A stretch of 62,308 nt of DNA from a virus, in IMG/VR virus record IMGVR_UViG_3300049440_000308, positions 1-62,308 of that record, one strand, 5' to 3'. A program made the position numbers and the translations under genes. Below are positions 1 through 9,080 of this stretch, one piece after another. The notes under the pieces were generated by a model. It did not search any database. It saw only the letters and a program-made list of their open reading frames with translations, and was not told where the DNA came from. The number at the start of each line of letters is the position of its first letter. Within the stretch, counting starts at the first letter, position 1.

Positions 1-103
1 GCCCCGGCACCGCTTCATCAGGGCGGGGAGACAGGGGAGCCGCAGTCTCAGCCTCGGCCGCTGGCGGCAGTGCCGCAAGTCCCATCCCGGTAAAGCGTCT
101 CCC

Positions 104-772
104 CTAACGGGAATTCTGCGGAGATTCTAGCTGTTCCGACCCGGCAAGGTCGCGCTCGTCCTCGGTGAAGCTATAGCCGCCTGCGCTCGCCGCAGCGACG
201 GGGGCGCGGGACAGGAGCGCCGCGGAGCTCGCCCATGCGTTCCGCAAGCCCGCGCTCGTGCTCGCGTAGTTCACCGCGCACTCCACGGCAACGCCCATCT
301 CGGCGCCCTCCTTCAGGGCGTCCTGGTTGGTGCCCATGTAGATGACGCGCCAGCCGTAGGCGTCCTGCTGGCGGGTGAGCATGGCCTTGACCTCGGAGCC
401 CGTGCGGCGCTGCGAGGAGTTCTCCAGGCCGTCACTGGCGATGATTACCGTCACGTCCTCCGGCCGCTCGTCCTCGGGAAGCGCGGCGAGCTTCTCCCCT
501 TCGGCACTCACCGCGTCGCCTACGGCGTCGTACATGGCCGTCCCGCCGCGCGGCTCGATCACGTAGGTCTTGACCGTGTCCAGCGGGGCAAGGGATGCGC
601 GGCAGCGGATCTCGGTGTCGAAGTCCCACAGCGAGTACGTGGCCTTGCCGGGGACCTGGCCCTCGCTGCGGAAGAACTCGCCCATCCCGGACTGCTGCCC
701 GGCGAGGATCGACTCGATGCTGCCGGAGCGGTCCATGACGATGATGCGGTGCCGGTAGCCGGGCTGAGTCAT
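104..772 (-). CDS. von Willebrand factor A (vWA) domain protein
   Basis: MIDAS-like motifs DRSGS, GGTAMYDA and IIASDGLEN; GGAG RBS upstream. Confidence 0.85.
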   Translation of the reverse strand: MTQPGYRHRIIVMDRSGSIESILAGQQSGMGEFFRSEGQVPGKATYSLWDFDTEIRCRASLAPLDTVKTYVIEPRGGTAMYDAVGDAVSAEGEKLAALPEDERPEDVTVIIASDGLENSSQRRTGSEVKAMLTRQQDAYGWRVIYMGTNQDALKEGAEMGVAVECAVNYASTSAGLRNAWASSAALLSRAPVAAASAGGYSFTEDERDLAGSEQLESPQNSR

Positions 773-972
773 TCGGTGCTCCTGTTCTCGGGGAAGCTTA
801 TCCGGGCGACCGCCGTTCCCGTCCGGAGGCTGACAACCTCAGGGCCGGCCCGGCGTGCCCGGGCCGTGCGTACGGTCCTGGCGGGCGGGCAGAGCCCGGC
901 GCGCATTTCATCCCGCGCTGTCCGCGGCCCCTCCCGGTGTCACCCGGTACTCACCGCGGCATGGATCTTAGC

Positions 973-1236
973 CTAGCGCGTCTTCCGTTTAGCGATTCGC
1001 TGCACGCCGCACGGGGGCACGAGGCGCCAGTAGACCGACTGCGCGCCCGGCAGCCTGATGCGCTCGGCCTCATCGCGGGCCTCCATGCGGCGGAGCATCC
1101 GGTAGACGGCCGGGTCGTAGCGGCGGCTGACACGCTCTGCGACGGCGAGCGTCGGGACGGGCAGCGGGTACTCCAGGACCAGCACGGCGCGGGCAAGAGC
1201 GGCTATGCGCTTGTTAGCGGCGGTCAGTGTGGCCAC
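973..1236 (-). CDS. small hypothetical protein, possible winged helix
   Basis: Fits the minus-strand operon; AVAERV..VYRMLRRME..VYW pattern. Confidence 0.5.
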   Translation of the reverse strand: MATLTAANKRIAALARAVLVLEYPLPVPTLAVAERVSRRYDPAVYRMLRRMEARDEAERIRLPGAQSVYWRLVPPCGVQRIAKRKTR

Positions 1237-1245
1237 GGTGCCGCC

Positions 1246-1779
1246 TCACTCACGGGCGCGGAACGCCGGCGGGATACTTTCCTGCGCGCGCCGCGCTTCC
1301 CCTGCCCGGCCGCGGGCCCGGATGCGATCGACCTCGGCGCGGATGCCCGCCTGCGCCATGCCCGCGTCGATTTCCTCCGCGCTCGCGTTCGGGTGCCTGC
1401 CGCCGCCGATCCGCAGTGACTCGGCGATCATCCGGTACGCCTCGGCGTCAGGGAGGTAGCCGCCCTCGGGGACGCACCCGTAGACGCACGGCATGCCCTC
1501 GACGGCGCCCCAGATCCGGCAGATCAGGGGACGCAGTTCGTACACGGCGCACTTCTTGTCCCCGGTTAGCGCGTCACACCAGAACCGCTCCGGGCTCGCC
1601 ATCGCCTTCTGGTACGGGGTGATGCGGGTCCCGGCGGCGCGGATCCGCTGCCGTTCCCGGTCCGACATCTCAACCGGGCCGCACGACGTCCAGCAGCGCC
1701 CGTCGCAGTCGGGGATGCGCGGGATGCGGGCATACAACTCGGCGAGTTGCGCGTCCTGCTCGCTGCGGGTAAGGCCCAT
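1246..1779 (-). CDS. YkgJ family cysteine-cluster (Zn/Fe-S) protein
   Basis: CDGRCWTSCGP and CDAL..KKCAVYELRPLICR motifs. Confidence 0.8.
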   Translation of the reverse strand: MGLTRSEQDAQLAELYARIPRIPDCDGRCWTSCGPVEMSDRERQRIRAAGTRITPYQKAMASPERFWCDALTGDKKCAVYELRPLICRIWGAVEGMPCVYGCVPEGGYLPDAEAYRMIAESLRIGGGRHPNASAEEIDAGMAQAGIRAEVDRIRARGRAGEARRAQESIPPAFRARE

Positions 1780-1781
1780 CC

Positions 1782-2096
1782 TCAGGAACTCCCCTCGGCG
1801 GCAGCCGCCTTCGCGCGGGGCGTCCGGTTGCCGCTCTTCAGCGGCCGCTGGTCCGCCGCCAGTTCCGCCGGCTCCCGGCCCGTGATCACGATCACTATCT
1901 GCATTCCCATTGCCTCGGCCATGCGGGCGAGCAGGCCCGGTGACCCGGTGACCTTCCCGCTGAGGACCTGGCTGACGTGCTTGGCGGTGATGCCGAGGTG
2001 CTCCGCGAGGGACGCCTGGGTGACGTGCCGGGCCTCAAGGCGGGCGCAGGCCTCGGCCTTCAGGTGCCGGAGCCAGGGGGCGTTAGCCTCAGTCAC
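1782..2096 (-). CDS. XRE-family HTH regulator
   Basis: TQASLAEHLGITAKHVSQVLSGK helix-turn-helix. Confidence 0.8.
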   Translation of the reverse strand: MTEANAPWLRHLKAEACARLEARHVTQASLAEHLGITAKHVSQVLSGKVTGSPGLLARMAEAMGMQIVIVITGREPAELAADQRPLKSGNRTPRAKAAAAEGSS

Positions 2097-2520
2097 CGGA
2101 GCGCCCGAACAGTTCCCTGGCTCGCATCCGCCGCCACACCTCGACCGCCTCTTCCCGCAGTGTCATGCCCGGCGTGTCGTTCCCGTCCCCGCCGTGGCAG
2201 GAGCAGCGGCCCTCATGATGGGTGAGGCCCCCGGCGGCCTGGCGGAACTGGCACTCCTTGTGGACGTGGCGGATCTCGGGCGGGGCGGTCGCCGACAGGA
2301 ACGGCATCGCCTGCCCGGAGTCGCCCGCTTCCTCACTGAACGGCTCGCCGCAGTACAGGCAGGACTCGCCGGAGGGGAAGGGCTTGCGCATCTCCTCGAT
2401 GAGCTTCCCGGCCTCGTCGTAGCAGACATAGGACCACCACGGCTCACCGAACCATCCGTGCATCTCGCGGCGGACCTCGACCGGGATGTTGCCGTAAGGC
2501 GTGCCGATGCCCTCACTCAC
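2089..2520 (-). CDS. hypothetical Cys/His-rich protein
   Basis: Overlap-coupled ORF with CLYCGE and HKEC motifs. Confidence 0.65.
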   Translation of the reverse strand: MSEGIGTPYGNIPVEVRREMHGWFGEPWWSYVCYDEAGKLIEEMRKPFPSGESCLYCGEPFSEEAGDSGQAMPFLSATAPPEIRHVHKECQFRQAAGGLTHHEGRCSCHGGDGNDTPGMTLREEAVEVWRRMRARELFGRSGD

Positions 2521-3040
2521 AGCTTGAATCCTCCGCTAGCTTCTCGCCGAGCAGGACGGACGGCCACTGCTCGATCAGGCCGCGGTACGGGGGCCGGGTG
2601 CAGTGCCACTGACTGAAGTTCCCGGCTCTCCTGCTCATGCGCACAGTTTGCCAGGTGCCGCTCCGCAGTGACCTCGGGTAGTTCTCCGGGTAGGCGGGGA
2701 AGGCGAACACGGCGTTCCCCTCGGCGACGAGGCGGGCGTTGCGGTCAGCGTAGGTGGTGCCCGGGGGCATCTCGATCACGGTCACGGGCGGGCAGCCGGC
2801 TTGCTCCCACCACGGGTCAACCCGGCTGCGGTCGCCCGGGACGATCACGACGTGCTCCGCACCGGGCCGGTACATCCGTAGCCAGCGGCCGATGAACGCA
2901 TCGCCGCCTATGCAGGCACCGGTCACGTAGCGGTCAGCGTGCGGGACGTGAACGGTCAGGACACTGGTAACAATGCCTTCCCTTGCGGCCTGACTCATGT
3001 CGCGGGAGGCGGTGAAGGAAACGGAGCGGGCGGCTGTCAC
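2513..3040 (-). CDS. SLOG superfamily (YspA/DprA-like) nucleotide-binding protein
   Basis: FTASR, TGACIGGD, RNARLV and SGTWQTVRMSRRAG match the SLOG signature; GTG start overlaps the upstream TGA. Confidence 0.7.
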   Translation of the reverse strand: MTAARSVSFTASRDMSQAAREGIVTSVLTVHVPHADRYVTGACIGGDAFIGRWLRMYRPGAEHVVIVPGDRSRVDPWWEQAGCPPVTVIEMPPGTTYADRNARLVAEGNAVFAFPAYPENYPRSLRSGTWQTVRMSRRAGNFSQWHCTRPPYRGLIEQWPSVLLGEKLAEDSSCE

Positions 3041-3345
3041 TGCGGGGGCCGCCATTCTCCCGGAGGTACCGTCTCGCCGCGGAGCCAGAACAGGGCGGGG
3101 TCGGAGGTGATCCTGCGCAGCAGTTCCGGCGGCACGGCCTCGCCCGTGCTCAGCCCGTAGCGCAGCAGGTCCCGGGCGATGTCCCGCGCCTGGTCGACCC
3201 ACGGCGCCGGGAGGGAAGGGCCGGAGGCGGGATGGCAGCCGTGCGAGCAGGGGGCGTCGCAGTACTTGCAGGTGCTCCGGCAGGCGCCGCACTCCCCGTG
3301 GTGGCACGCCGTTGAGACGTAGGCGTGCGCGGCCGGGTCAGTCAT
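3037..3345 (-). CDS. hypothetical Cys-rich protein
   Basis: YVSTACHHGECGACRSTCKYCDAPC; ATGA overlap with the upstream gene. Confidence 0.65.
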   Translation of the reverse strand: MTDPAAHAYVSTACHHGECGACRSTCKYCDAPCSHGCHPASGPSLPAPWVDQARDIARDLLRYGLSTGEAVPPELLRRITSDPALFWLRGETVPPGEWRPPQ

Positions 3346-3731
3346 GGGGCGCTCCTCGCCATCTCGCTTACCTTCTGCATCCTGTAGACCTCGAGCCCGT
3401 GCGCGGCCATCCACGCGACCACCTCGCCCTCGCGGCCCTCCGGGAGGTAGACGCTCATGTGCCACAGGTCATGGCCCTCGTAGTCGGTCAGCCTGCCGTC
3501 CTCGCCGGTGGTGCCGAAGTCCGCGTGCCCGGCGAGGGCGAGCAGTTCCGGCAGCGGGACCTCGTACGCCGCGGCGAGCCGGATCAGCACCGCCATGCCA
3601 GGGTGGCGGATCGTTCCCGTCTCCACCTGGGAGATGTGCGCGTTCGGAACCCCGGAGTGCTTCTCCGCCTCGCGGAGCGTCCAGTCCCGGGCCTTGCGGG
3701 CAGCCTTCAGGCGGTCACCGAGGCCGGTCAC
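3342..3731 (-). CDS. XRE-family HTH regulator
   Basis: LKAARKARDWTLREAEKHSGVPNAHISQVETG. Confidence 0.85.
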   Translation of the reverse strand: MTGLGDRLKAARKARDWTLREAEKHSGVPNAHISQVETGTIRHPGMAVLIRLAAAYEVPLPELLALAGHADFGTTGEDGRLTDYEGHDLWHMSVYLPEGREGEVVAWMAAHGLEVYRMQKVSEMARSAP

Positions 3732-4255
3732 GGCTTTTCCTTCCGTAGCTCGCGCAGGTACCCGAACACCCGCTCCTGCCCGTCGTCGTCCATCCCGGTT
3801 CCGCGCAGCGCCTCGGAGACAAGCTGGTCGGACTCGGTTGCCTCGGCCGCCTCAAGCCACTGCAGGGCCATCGGCCGGGCCTCTGCGGCGAGAACGCACC
3901 CGCGTCTGGAGCCCCTGCCGATCAGGACCACGGCGTCGCCTGTCTTAGTCGATCCCGCCGGGATCAGGTCCACGGTGCCCGGGGTGCCGAAGGACCGCTC
4001 CCGGCCCCGGCCCGTGAGGATGTCCGTGACCAGTGCCGAGGCTATCCTGCCGTCCAGCTTCAGTTTCGCCACCAGGGTCATCATCATCTCCGCGTAGGCG
4101 GCGCAGGACACCATGTCCAGGGCTGCCCTGCGGACCTCCTCCACCGGGGCGTACCACTGGTGCGGTCCCCAGGTGAGCAGGCAGGCAGGCTCGTCGTCGG
4201 GGCCGCGGGTTGACTCAACCTGCAGCGCGTCGTCCTCGTCGTCGTCAGTGCTCAT
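3728..4255 (-). CDS. hypothetical protein
   Basis: Coupled by 4-bp overlaps at both ends; normal amino-acid composition. Confidence 0.7.
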   Translation of the reverse strand: MSTDDDEDDALQVESTRGPDDEPACLLTWGPHQWYAPVEEVRRAALDMVSCAAYAEMMMTLVAKLKLDGRIASALVTDILTGRGRERSFGTPGTVDLIPAGSTKTGDAVVLIGRGSRRGCVLAAEARPMALQWLEAAEATESDQLVSEALRGTGMDDDGQERVFGYLRELRKEKP

Positions 4256-5640
4256 CGTCCCGCCTTCTCCCGGGCCGCCAGCCAGCGGAGCGCGCCGGCC
4301 TCGTCATCGAACTCCCCGGCGTCCTGCGCGGCCAGCGCCCCCGCAAGCAGGGGCTTGAACGCCGGGCCCGGCCTCATTCCCGCGGCGATCAGGTGGTCCC
4401 CGGTGAGCAGCCCCTTCGCGGGGCGTTCCTCCACCTTCAGGTCCCGGCCCATCTCAAGCCACGCGCCCGCCGTGCTCCGGGCGTCCGGGTCGCCGCGTCC
4501 CTTGACGTCGGCCGCGCGCACGAGGGCGAGCTCGGCCAGCGTCGCGGGCGCCAGCCGGCGGGCGAGCCTGCGCACCGCGGGCTTCCGCGGGGCGCCCTGG
4601 CAGTTCATGTGCTCGGCGATCAGCGGGATGATGCGGCCGGTGATCCCCTCGGGGCAGCCGATGCCCTGCAGGAACGCCCGCGCGGGCGCGACCCCGGCCT
4701 CCGCGTGCCCGTGGGAGGTGATCCGGCCGCCCTCATTCTGCGTGTGCGTGACCTTGCCGGCGTCGTGCAGGAGCGCGGCGAAGACGACGACGAGGCGGTC
4801 CGTCCCGGTGAGCCCGGCCTCGTCGGCGAGCCTGGCAGCCTGGTCCGCGGCCAGGCCGGCGTGCGTCCAGACGTCGCCTTCAGGGTGCCACTCAGGGTCC
4901 TGGGGGATGCTCCGCATGTTCATGAGTACCGGGAAGTGGTGACCCCACCAGGTTTCTTCCAGGACCGCCAGCGCGCGGCTAACGTGCACCCCTCGCGTGC
5001 CGATCTTCTCGAACTCGCCCCAGATGCGCTCTACGGGCAGTTCCCGGTAGGCGCCCCTGATCTGGAAGCACAGGAGCACGGTCTCCGGTGCCATGGTGAA
5101 GCCGAACCGGGCCGCGAGCTGAACACCGCGCAGGACGCGGAGCGGGTCCTCGGCGAACGCCTGCGAGGTGTGCCGCAGGATGCCCGCCTTCAGGTCGGAC
5201 AGGCCGCCGTGGCAGTCGGTGACCTCACCTGTCGCCGGGTCGGCCATGATCGCGTTGATCGTGAAGTCCCGGCGTGCGCTCGCCTCCGCGTAGCCGAGGT
5301 AACCGTCCGGGATGACGGTGAAGCCCCGGTGCCCTGCGCCCGTCTTGGACTCGCGGCGCGGCAGTGACACGTCGGCCTCGGTCCCGCCGCGGCGGACCTT
5401 GAAGACGCCGAAGGACTTCCCGGCCTCAGTCACCGTTCCGACCTGGGCCAGCGCGGCAGCCAGCTTGCCGGGGTCGGTAACACCGTAGACCTCGATGTCG
5501 GTGTCCTTGGCCGGCAGGCCGAGCAGGGTGTCGCGGACGCAGCCGCCGACCAGCATCGGGCGCCCCCCGGCCGCGCCGCGGATGGCGGACAGCACCAGGA
5601 CGAGGTCCGCATCGGGGCGGGGCAACTCGATCACGGGCAT
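4252..5640 (-). CDS. cca: CCA tRNA nucleotidyltransferase / poly(A) polymerase family with HD domain
   Basis: VGGCVRD, DTDIE, RRDFTINA, EDPLRVLR, WHPEGDV and LLHDAGK motifs. Confidence 0.9.
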   Translation of the reverse strand: MPVIELPRPDADLVLVLSAIRGAAGGRPMLVGGCVRDTLLGLPAKDTDIEVYGVTDPGKLAAALAQVGTVTEAGKSFGVFKVRRGGTEADVSLPRRESKTGAGHRGFTVIPDGYLGYAEASARRDFTINAIMADPATGEVTDCHGGLSDLKAGILRHTSQAFAEDPLRVLRGVQLAARFGFTMAPETVLLCFQIRGAYRELPVERIWGEFEKIGTRGVHVSRALAVLEETWWGHHFPVLMNMRSIPQDPEWHPEGDVWTHAGLAADQAARLADEAGLTGTDRLVVVFAALLHDAGKVTHTQNEGGRITSHGHAEAGVAPARAFLQGIGCPEGITGRIIPLIAEHMNCQGAPRKPAVRRLARRLAPATLAELALVRAADVKGRGDPDARSTAGAWLEMGRDLKVEERPAKGLLTGDHLIAAGMRPGPAFKPLLAGALAAQDAGEFDDEAGALRWLAAREKAGR

Positions 5641-6794
5641 TCCGTCCAGTAGGCGCGGCGGACGTCCTGAAGCCACGCCTCGGCCGCCGCCTCGTCAGGC
5701 CGGCCGGGAAGCACGCCCGGCCTGTCGAATGCCGCCTCAGCTTCCCGCAGTGCCCTCTCCGCAAGGTCCAGGTCCCCGGCGGCAACGCGCTCGCCGAACG
5801 CGCGGCAGGATGCCGCCAGGTTCGGGGTCAGGTGCACTTGCAGGCATCCCGTCTGGTGAAGGTCGGCCCCCTGCTGCAGCAGCCTCCACAGGTGGCGGGC
5901 GTGCTTCTCTACCTGACAGCGCCGGCATCGGCGGCGAGCATCTCCCAGAACTCCAGGTACTCGATCGCCTTCCGCATCATCTCCATGTTGTCCCGGAAAT
6001 GCCCTAGCCCCAGATTGCAGCGGTGGCAGAGAATCCCGCGAACCTCCCCCGTCTGATGATCGTGGTCCACCGCGACCGCCGGCTGTCCGCAGATCGCGCA
6101 CCCGCCCCCCTGAAGGCGGATCTTGAACTGGACGTCCCATTCCGTCATCCCGTAGGAACTGCGCAGATGGCGTGCCCGCTTCGCTGCCGGCGACTGCTCC
6201 GGAGCCCGCTTGCGCCTCGCCTTGGCCGCCGCGTACTGCTCGGGCTTCTTCGCGTACCTGGCCCGCGTCTTCGCGTTCGAGCAGTCCCGGCAGTCCCGTT
6301 GCAGATTGTCCGCGTATCGACTGTTCTTGCCGAAGTCGGCAAGCGGAAGTGTGTGGCGGCAGGTTCCGCAGGTCTTCATCGCTCTCCTTGATCCTCTTCA
6401 TCTGCTGAGTCGCGTAGCCGAAGTACGAATTCCGGACCGCCGTCGCCGACAGGAACGAACTCCGAATCGCGATCAGCGCCTCGCCTTCCGGGGTCACCGT
6501 CTCGTACTGGTTGAGCCACAAGAGCTCGGTGACCGTCGGGTTGCCCTTAAGTAGGAGGCTCGCCAGCTTCCCCGCCTCGTGGTAGGTGGCGTCAGGCTTC
6601 GTGCTGACCCAGGTCGCCGCCTTACCGATGGGCAGGTGCAGGCCATGGAATGCGGCGGTCGGCGCGGCATAGCATCCGATGCGGTCGACGTCGGACTCCT
6701 CGGTCGCCAGGCCGTATGCGGTGCTGCCGTTGATGCCCGCTAGGAGCACGTTCGGGGGCGGGCTGATCTCGGCGCCCTCCGTAGTCTCACTCAT
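5631..6794 (-). CDS. Pol-beta superfamily nucleotidyltransferase (RlaP/YcgL-like) interrupted by an in-frame insertion
   Basis: GSTAYGLATEESDVD, KGNPTVTELLW, YFGYATQQ and KHARHLWRLL, with about 155 non-homologous-looking codons between the last two motifs. Confidence 0.8.
   Translation of the reverse strand: MSETTEGAEISPPPNVLLAGINGSTAYGLATEESDVDRIGCYAAPTAAFHGLHLPIGKAATWVSTKPDATYHEAGKLASLLLKGNPTVTELLWLNQYETVTPEGEALIAIRSSFLSATAVRNSYFGYATQQMKRIKESDEDLRNLPPHTSACRLRQEQSIRGQSATGLPGLLEREDAGQVREEARAVRGGQGEAQAGSGAVAGSEAGTPSAQFLRDDGMGRPVQDPPSGGRVRDLRTAGGRGGPRSSDGGGSRDSLPPLQSGARAFPGQHGDDAEGDRVPGVLGDARRRCRRCQVEKHARHLWRLLQQGADLHQTGCLQVHLTPNLAASCRAFGERVAAGDLDLAERALREAEAAFDRPGVLPGRPDEAAAEAWLQDVRRAYWTECP
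5909..6379 (-). CDS. endonuclease VII-type homing endonuclease nested in the +1 frame of the nucleotidyltransferase
   Basis: YGMT..QGGGCAICG..VDHDHQTGEVRGILCHRCNLGLG..KAIEYL; N-terminal CxxC...CxxC; own AAGGAG RBS. Confidence 0.9.
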   Translation of the reverse strand: MKTCGTCRHTLPLADFGKNSRYADNLQRDCRDCSNAKTRARYAKKPEQYAAAKARRKRAPEQSPAAKRARHLRSSYGMTEWDVQFKIRLQGGGCAICGQPAVAVDHDHQTGEVRGILCHRCNLGLGHFRDNMEMMRKAIEYLEFWEMLAADAGAVR

Positions 6795-6827
6795 CAGAAT
6801 CATCCTTGCCGGCCGTCTTCACCGTGA

Positions 6828-7166
6828 TCACAGGTCTTCCTCTCTTACCGCCCAGTCGGCGGGCAGTTTCGCGTCGCATGTCCTGCACAGCCACGCCACG
6901 ACCTTGTCCGCCCTCGAGACCACGGCCGCGACGTTGCGGTGAACGCACGGCCCCGGCGCCGGCAGGCCGGCAACTTCAGGCTGCCGGCCCGCGCGGGCAA
7001 TCCGCTCCTGCGCCCGCAGCTCTTTCATGCGGCGCTTGTGCCGCGTCCCGGTGACGGCCTTCCATGTGTCGACGAAGAAGTCCCGGACGCCCTCGAATAG
7101 CCCAAGGCCCCACAGGATGAAGATCAGGAACCAGTGATCCCCGGCCCAGTTCAGGATCGCCGTCAC
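6828..7166 (-). CDS. membrane-anchored hypothetical protein
   Basis: Hydrophobic WFLIFILWGLGLF segment and C-terminal CxxC. Confidence 0.65.
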   Translation of the reverse strand: MTAILNWAGDHWFLIFILWGLGLFEGVRDFFVDTWKAVTGTRHKRRMKELRAQERIARAGRQPEVAGLPAPGPCVHRNVAAVVSRADKVVAWLCRTCDAKLPADWAVREEDL

Positions 7167-7627
7167 GGGCCCTCCTCGGCAGGCTCCCCGGACGGCATGA
7201 CGCTCCGCCCCTCGCAGTAATGAGCGCCGATGGGCATCGACAGCCAGGCGGCGTGCTTCCAGCCGAGGCACACGGGGAACTCATGACCGTAACGGCAGGG
7301 GATAAGGGGGGCACCGCAGTGACGGCAGGGGCGGACGTCCTCCTCGGTGAACGCCCCCGCTTTCCCGGCGGCGTGCGCGCGGGTGATCATCCCGGCGAGG
7401 GAAACGACGCTCGCGGTCTCACCCCAGGCCACTCCCCGCAGGAAACTGATGTCCCAGGTGCCGAGGTCAACGCCGTGCGCCTCGCAGGCGTCCGTCATGA
7501 CCTTCAGGCACTCCGGGACGCTCGCGCCGCCGCCAGGGGCAGCGTCGAAAGCGGCCTTGATCACGGCGGCCGCCCGGGTGGCGAGAGCCTCGCGTTCGTT
7601 AAAGAACGGGCCGTTTTCACCGGGCAT
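7163..7627 (-). CDS. hypothetical protein
   Basis: GGAG RBS; coupled within the operon. Confidence 0.6.
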   Translation of the reverse strand: MPGENGPFFNEREALATRAAAVIKAAFDAAPGGGASVPECLKVMTDACEAHGVDLGTWDISFLRGVAWGETASVVSLAGMITRAHAAGKAGAFTEEDVRPCRHCGAPLIPCRYGHEFPVCLGWKHAAWLSMPIGAHYCEGRSVMPSGEPAEEGP

Positions 7628-8138
7628 GGCTCTCCTCCAGTTGCTCGCGTACCGCTTTCTCGACGTCCTCCGGCAGCCGCCACAGGCCGAGCTTCCCCCG
7701 GCAGCGGACCGGATTGGCAAGCGGGCGGGCATTCGCCAGTTCGATGTGCCACTGCCCGCGGACGGCCCAGGGCGAGCAGCCCGCGCGCTGGCCCGGCGGC
7801 ACGAGGTACTCAGCGTGCATGCACTCGTCTGAGTGATGGCAGCCGGCCACCTCGGCTACCGCGATGACCGCGCCGAAGGAGAAGAACGAATACGCGGCGC
7901 CCCGGGTGAGCGGCGTGGCAACCTCGCCCGCCGCGCGGACCCCGGCCCAGCGCTTCCACGCCTCAAGCGCCGCCGGGCTCGACTCGGCCCCCTTGTCCCA
8001 GCCCGAGTACGCCCCGGCGTGGATCGCGAGCAGTCCCCTGTAGCCGGTCGACCAACCGCGGTTCTCTACTGTCTTCCCCTGCTTGGCGATGAAGTGGCTC
8101 CACGGCTGCTTGACCGTTAGCGCCCTGATCTCAGCCAT
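7617..8138 (-). CDS. ASCH domain protein
   Basis: ALTVKQPW..GKTVENR..YRGLLAIHAG and RGKLGLW. Confidence 0.88.
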   Translation of the reverse strand: MAEIRALTVKQPWSHFIAKQGKTVENRGWSTGYRGLLAIHAGAYSGWDKGAESSPAALEAWKRWAGVRAAGEVATPLTRGAAYSFFSFGAVIAVAEVAGCHHSDECMHAEYLVPPGQRAGCSPWAVRGQWHIELANARPLANPVRCRGKLGLWRLPEDVEKAVREQLEESHAR

Positions 8139-8337
8139 GATTGCTCTCCTCGCTGAGGGAGACGGTCAGGTAAAGCCGGCCACCCGGGTACTCGTCAGGC
8201 CCGGTGACGACCGACACGCCCGGCATCGCCGTCAGGCGCGCGGCGAGGCCAGCGGCAGACTCTCCCTCAAGGCGGACGCGGACGATGCCGGGCGGTAGCG
8301 GGGCGAACTTACGGTCGCCACGGCGGGACTCAGCCAA
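8131..8337 (-). CDS. hypothetical protein
   Basis: Coupled small ORF. Confidence 0.55.
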   Translation of the reverse strand: MAESRRGDRKFAPLPPGIVRVRLEGESAAGLAARLTAMPGVSVVTGPDEYPGGRLYLTVSLSEESNHG

Positions 8338-8725
8338 TGCCGTCCCCCTTCCCGGTCAGCTCACGGGCAATGTCCCGGTAAGTGGGGCACCGCCATTGCG
8401 CCCGCAGGTCCGCGTTGCCCTCGTCGCAGCAGGAGGAGCACACGGCCACCGTGGGCTTGCCCTTGCAGTACCAGACCCCGTCGTCGCCCTCGAAGTGCGC
8501 GTCCCCGTCGTAGTCCGCGTCATGACCGCATGTGATCTTGCCCCGGTAGTCCTCCACTGTGCCGTAAAGCTGGACCGGCTGGTGGTGCTCCAGGGCTGCC
8601 TCAACGGCCTTCAGGAGACGGGGAACCGCCGTTGAGATCGGCGTCCGCTCAGTAGCCAGCCCGTTGATGCCGTCAATGATCGTGCGCCATTCGGAGAGGC
8701 ATCCGGCTACCGGGTCGTCAGTCAC
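8330..8725 (-). CDS. hypothetical protein with CxxC and WRCPT motif
   Basis: Coupled ORF; C..C...WxCPT is common in small actinophage proteins. Confidence 0.65.
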   Translation of the reverse strand: MTDDPVAGCLSEWRTIIDGINGLATERTPISTAVPRLLKAVEAALEHHQPVQLYGTVEDYRGKITCGHDADYDGDAHFEGDDGVWYCKGKPTVAVCSSCCDEGNADLRAQWRCPTYRDIARELTGKGDGIG

Positions 8726-9080
8726 GGCCGGCCACCTCCACCCCGAGCGCGTCGGCGAACGCCTTCACGATCGCCCTCGCGTGAGCGTCCCCCATGTGGC
8801 TGAGCTTGTACTGGTTGCTCCCGATCGCGACAGCCAGATCAAGGACGGACATCTCCGAGGTGGACGCGACGGCGCGGCCTGAGACGGCGAACTCGCGGGC
8901 CTCGTCCCACCTGATCCACGCGGTCCCGTCCTCGTCGCGGTGCACGCACGCGCTGGTGAAGTCCCGCCGGCGGAGCCAGGCCTCATGCCACGCCAGAAGC
9001 TCAACGGCGGCGCGGACGTGCGGGTCATGGCCCCTTGTCCACTTACGCAAGGCGGCAACGGTTGAGTCGAAGTCAGCCAC
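8718..9080 (-). CDS. hypothetical protein (paralog of 9824-10195)
   Basis: Shares LLxWHExWxRRxDFxSAC and AFAxALGV with 9824-10195. Confidence 0.75.
   Translation of the reverse strand: MADFDSTVAALRKWTRGHDPHVRAAVELLAWHEAWLRRRDFTSACVHRDEDGTAWIRWDEAREFAVSGRAVASTSEMSVLDLAVAIGSNQYKLSHMGDAHARAIVKAFADALGVEVAGRD

Noticed and set aside
5909-6379. Insert in the nucleotidyltransferase as an intein or group I intron
   Set aside because: The host-frame translation lacks intein N-terminal C/S and C-terminal HN motifs, and the endonuclease ORF fills the insert leaving no evident ribozyme core
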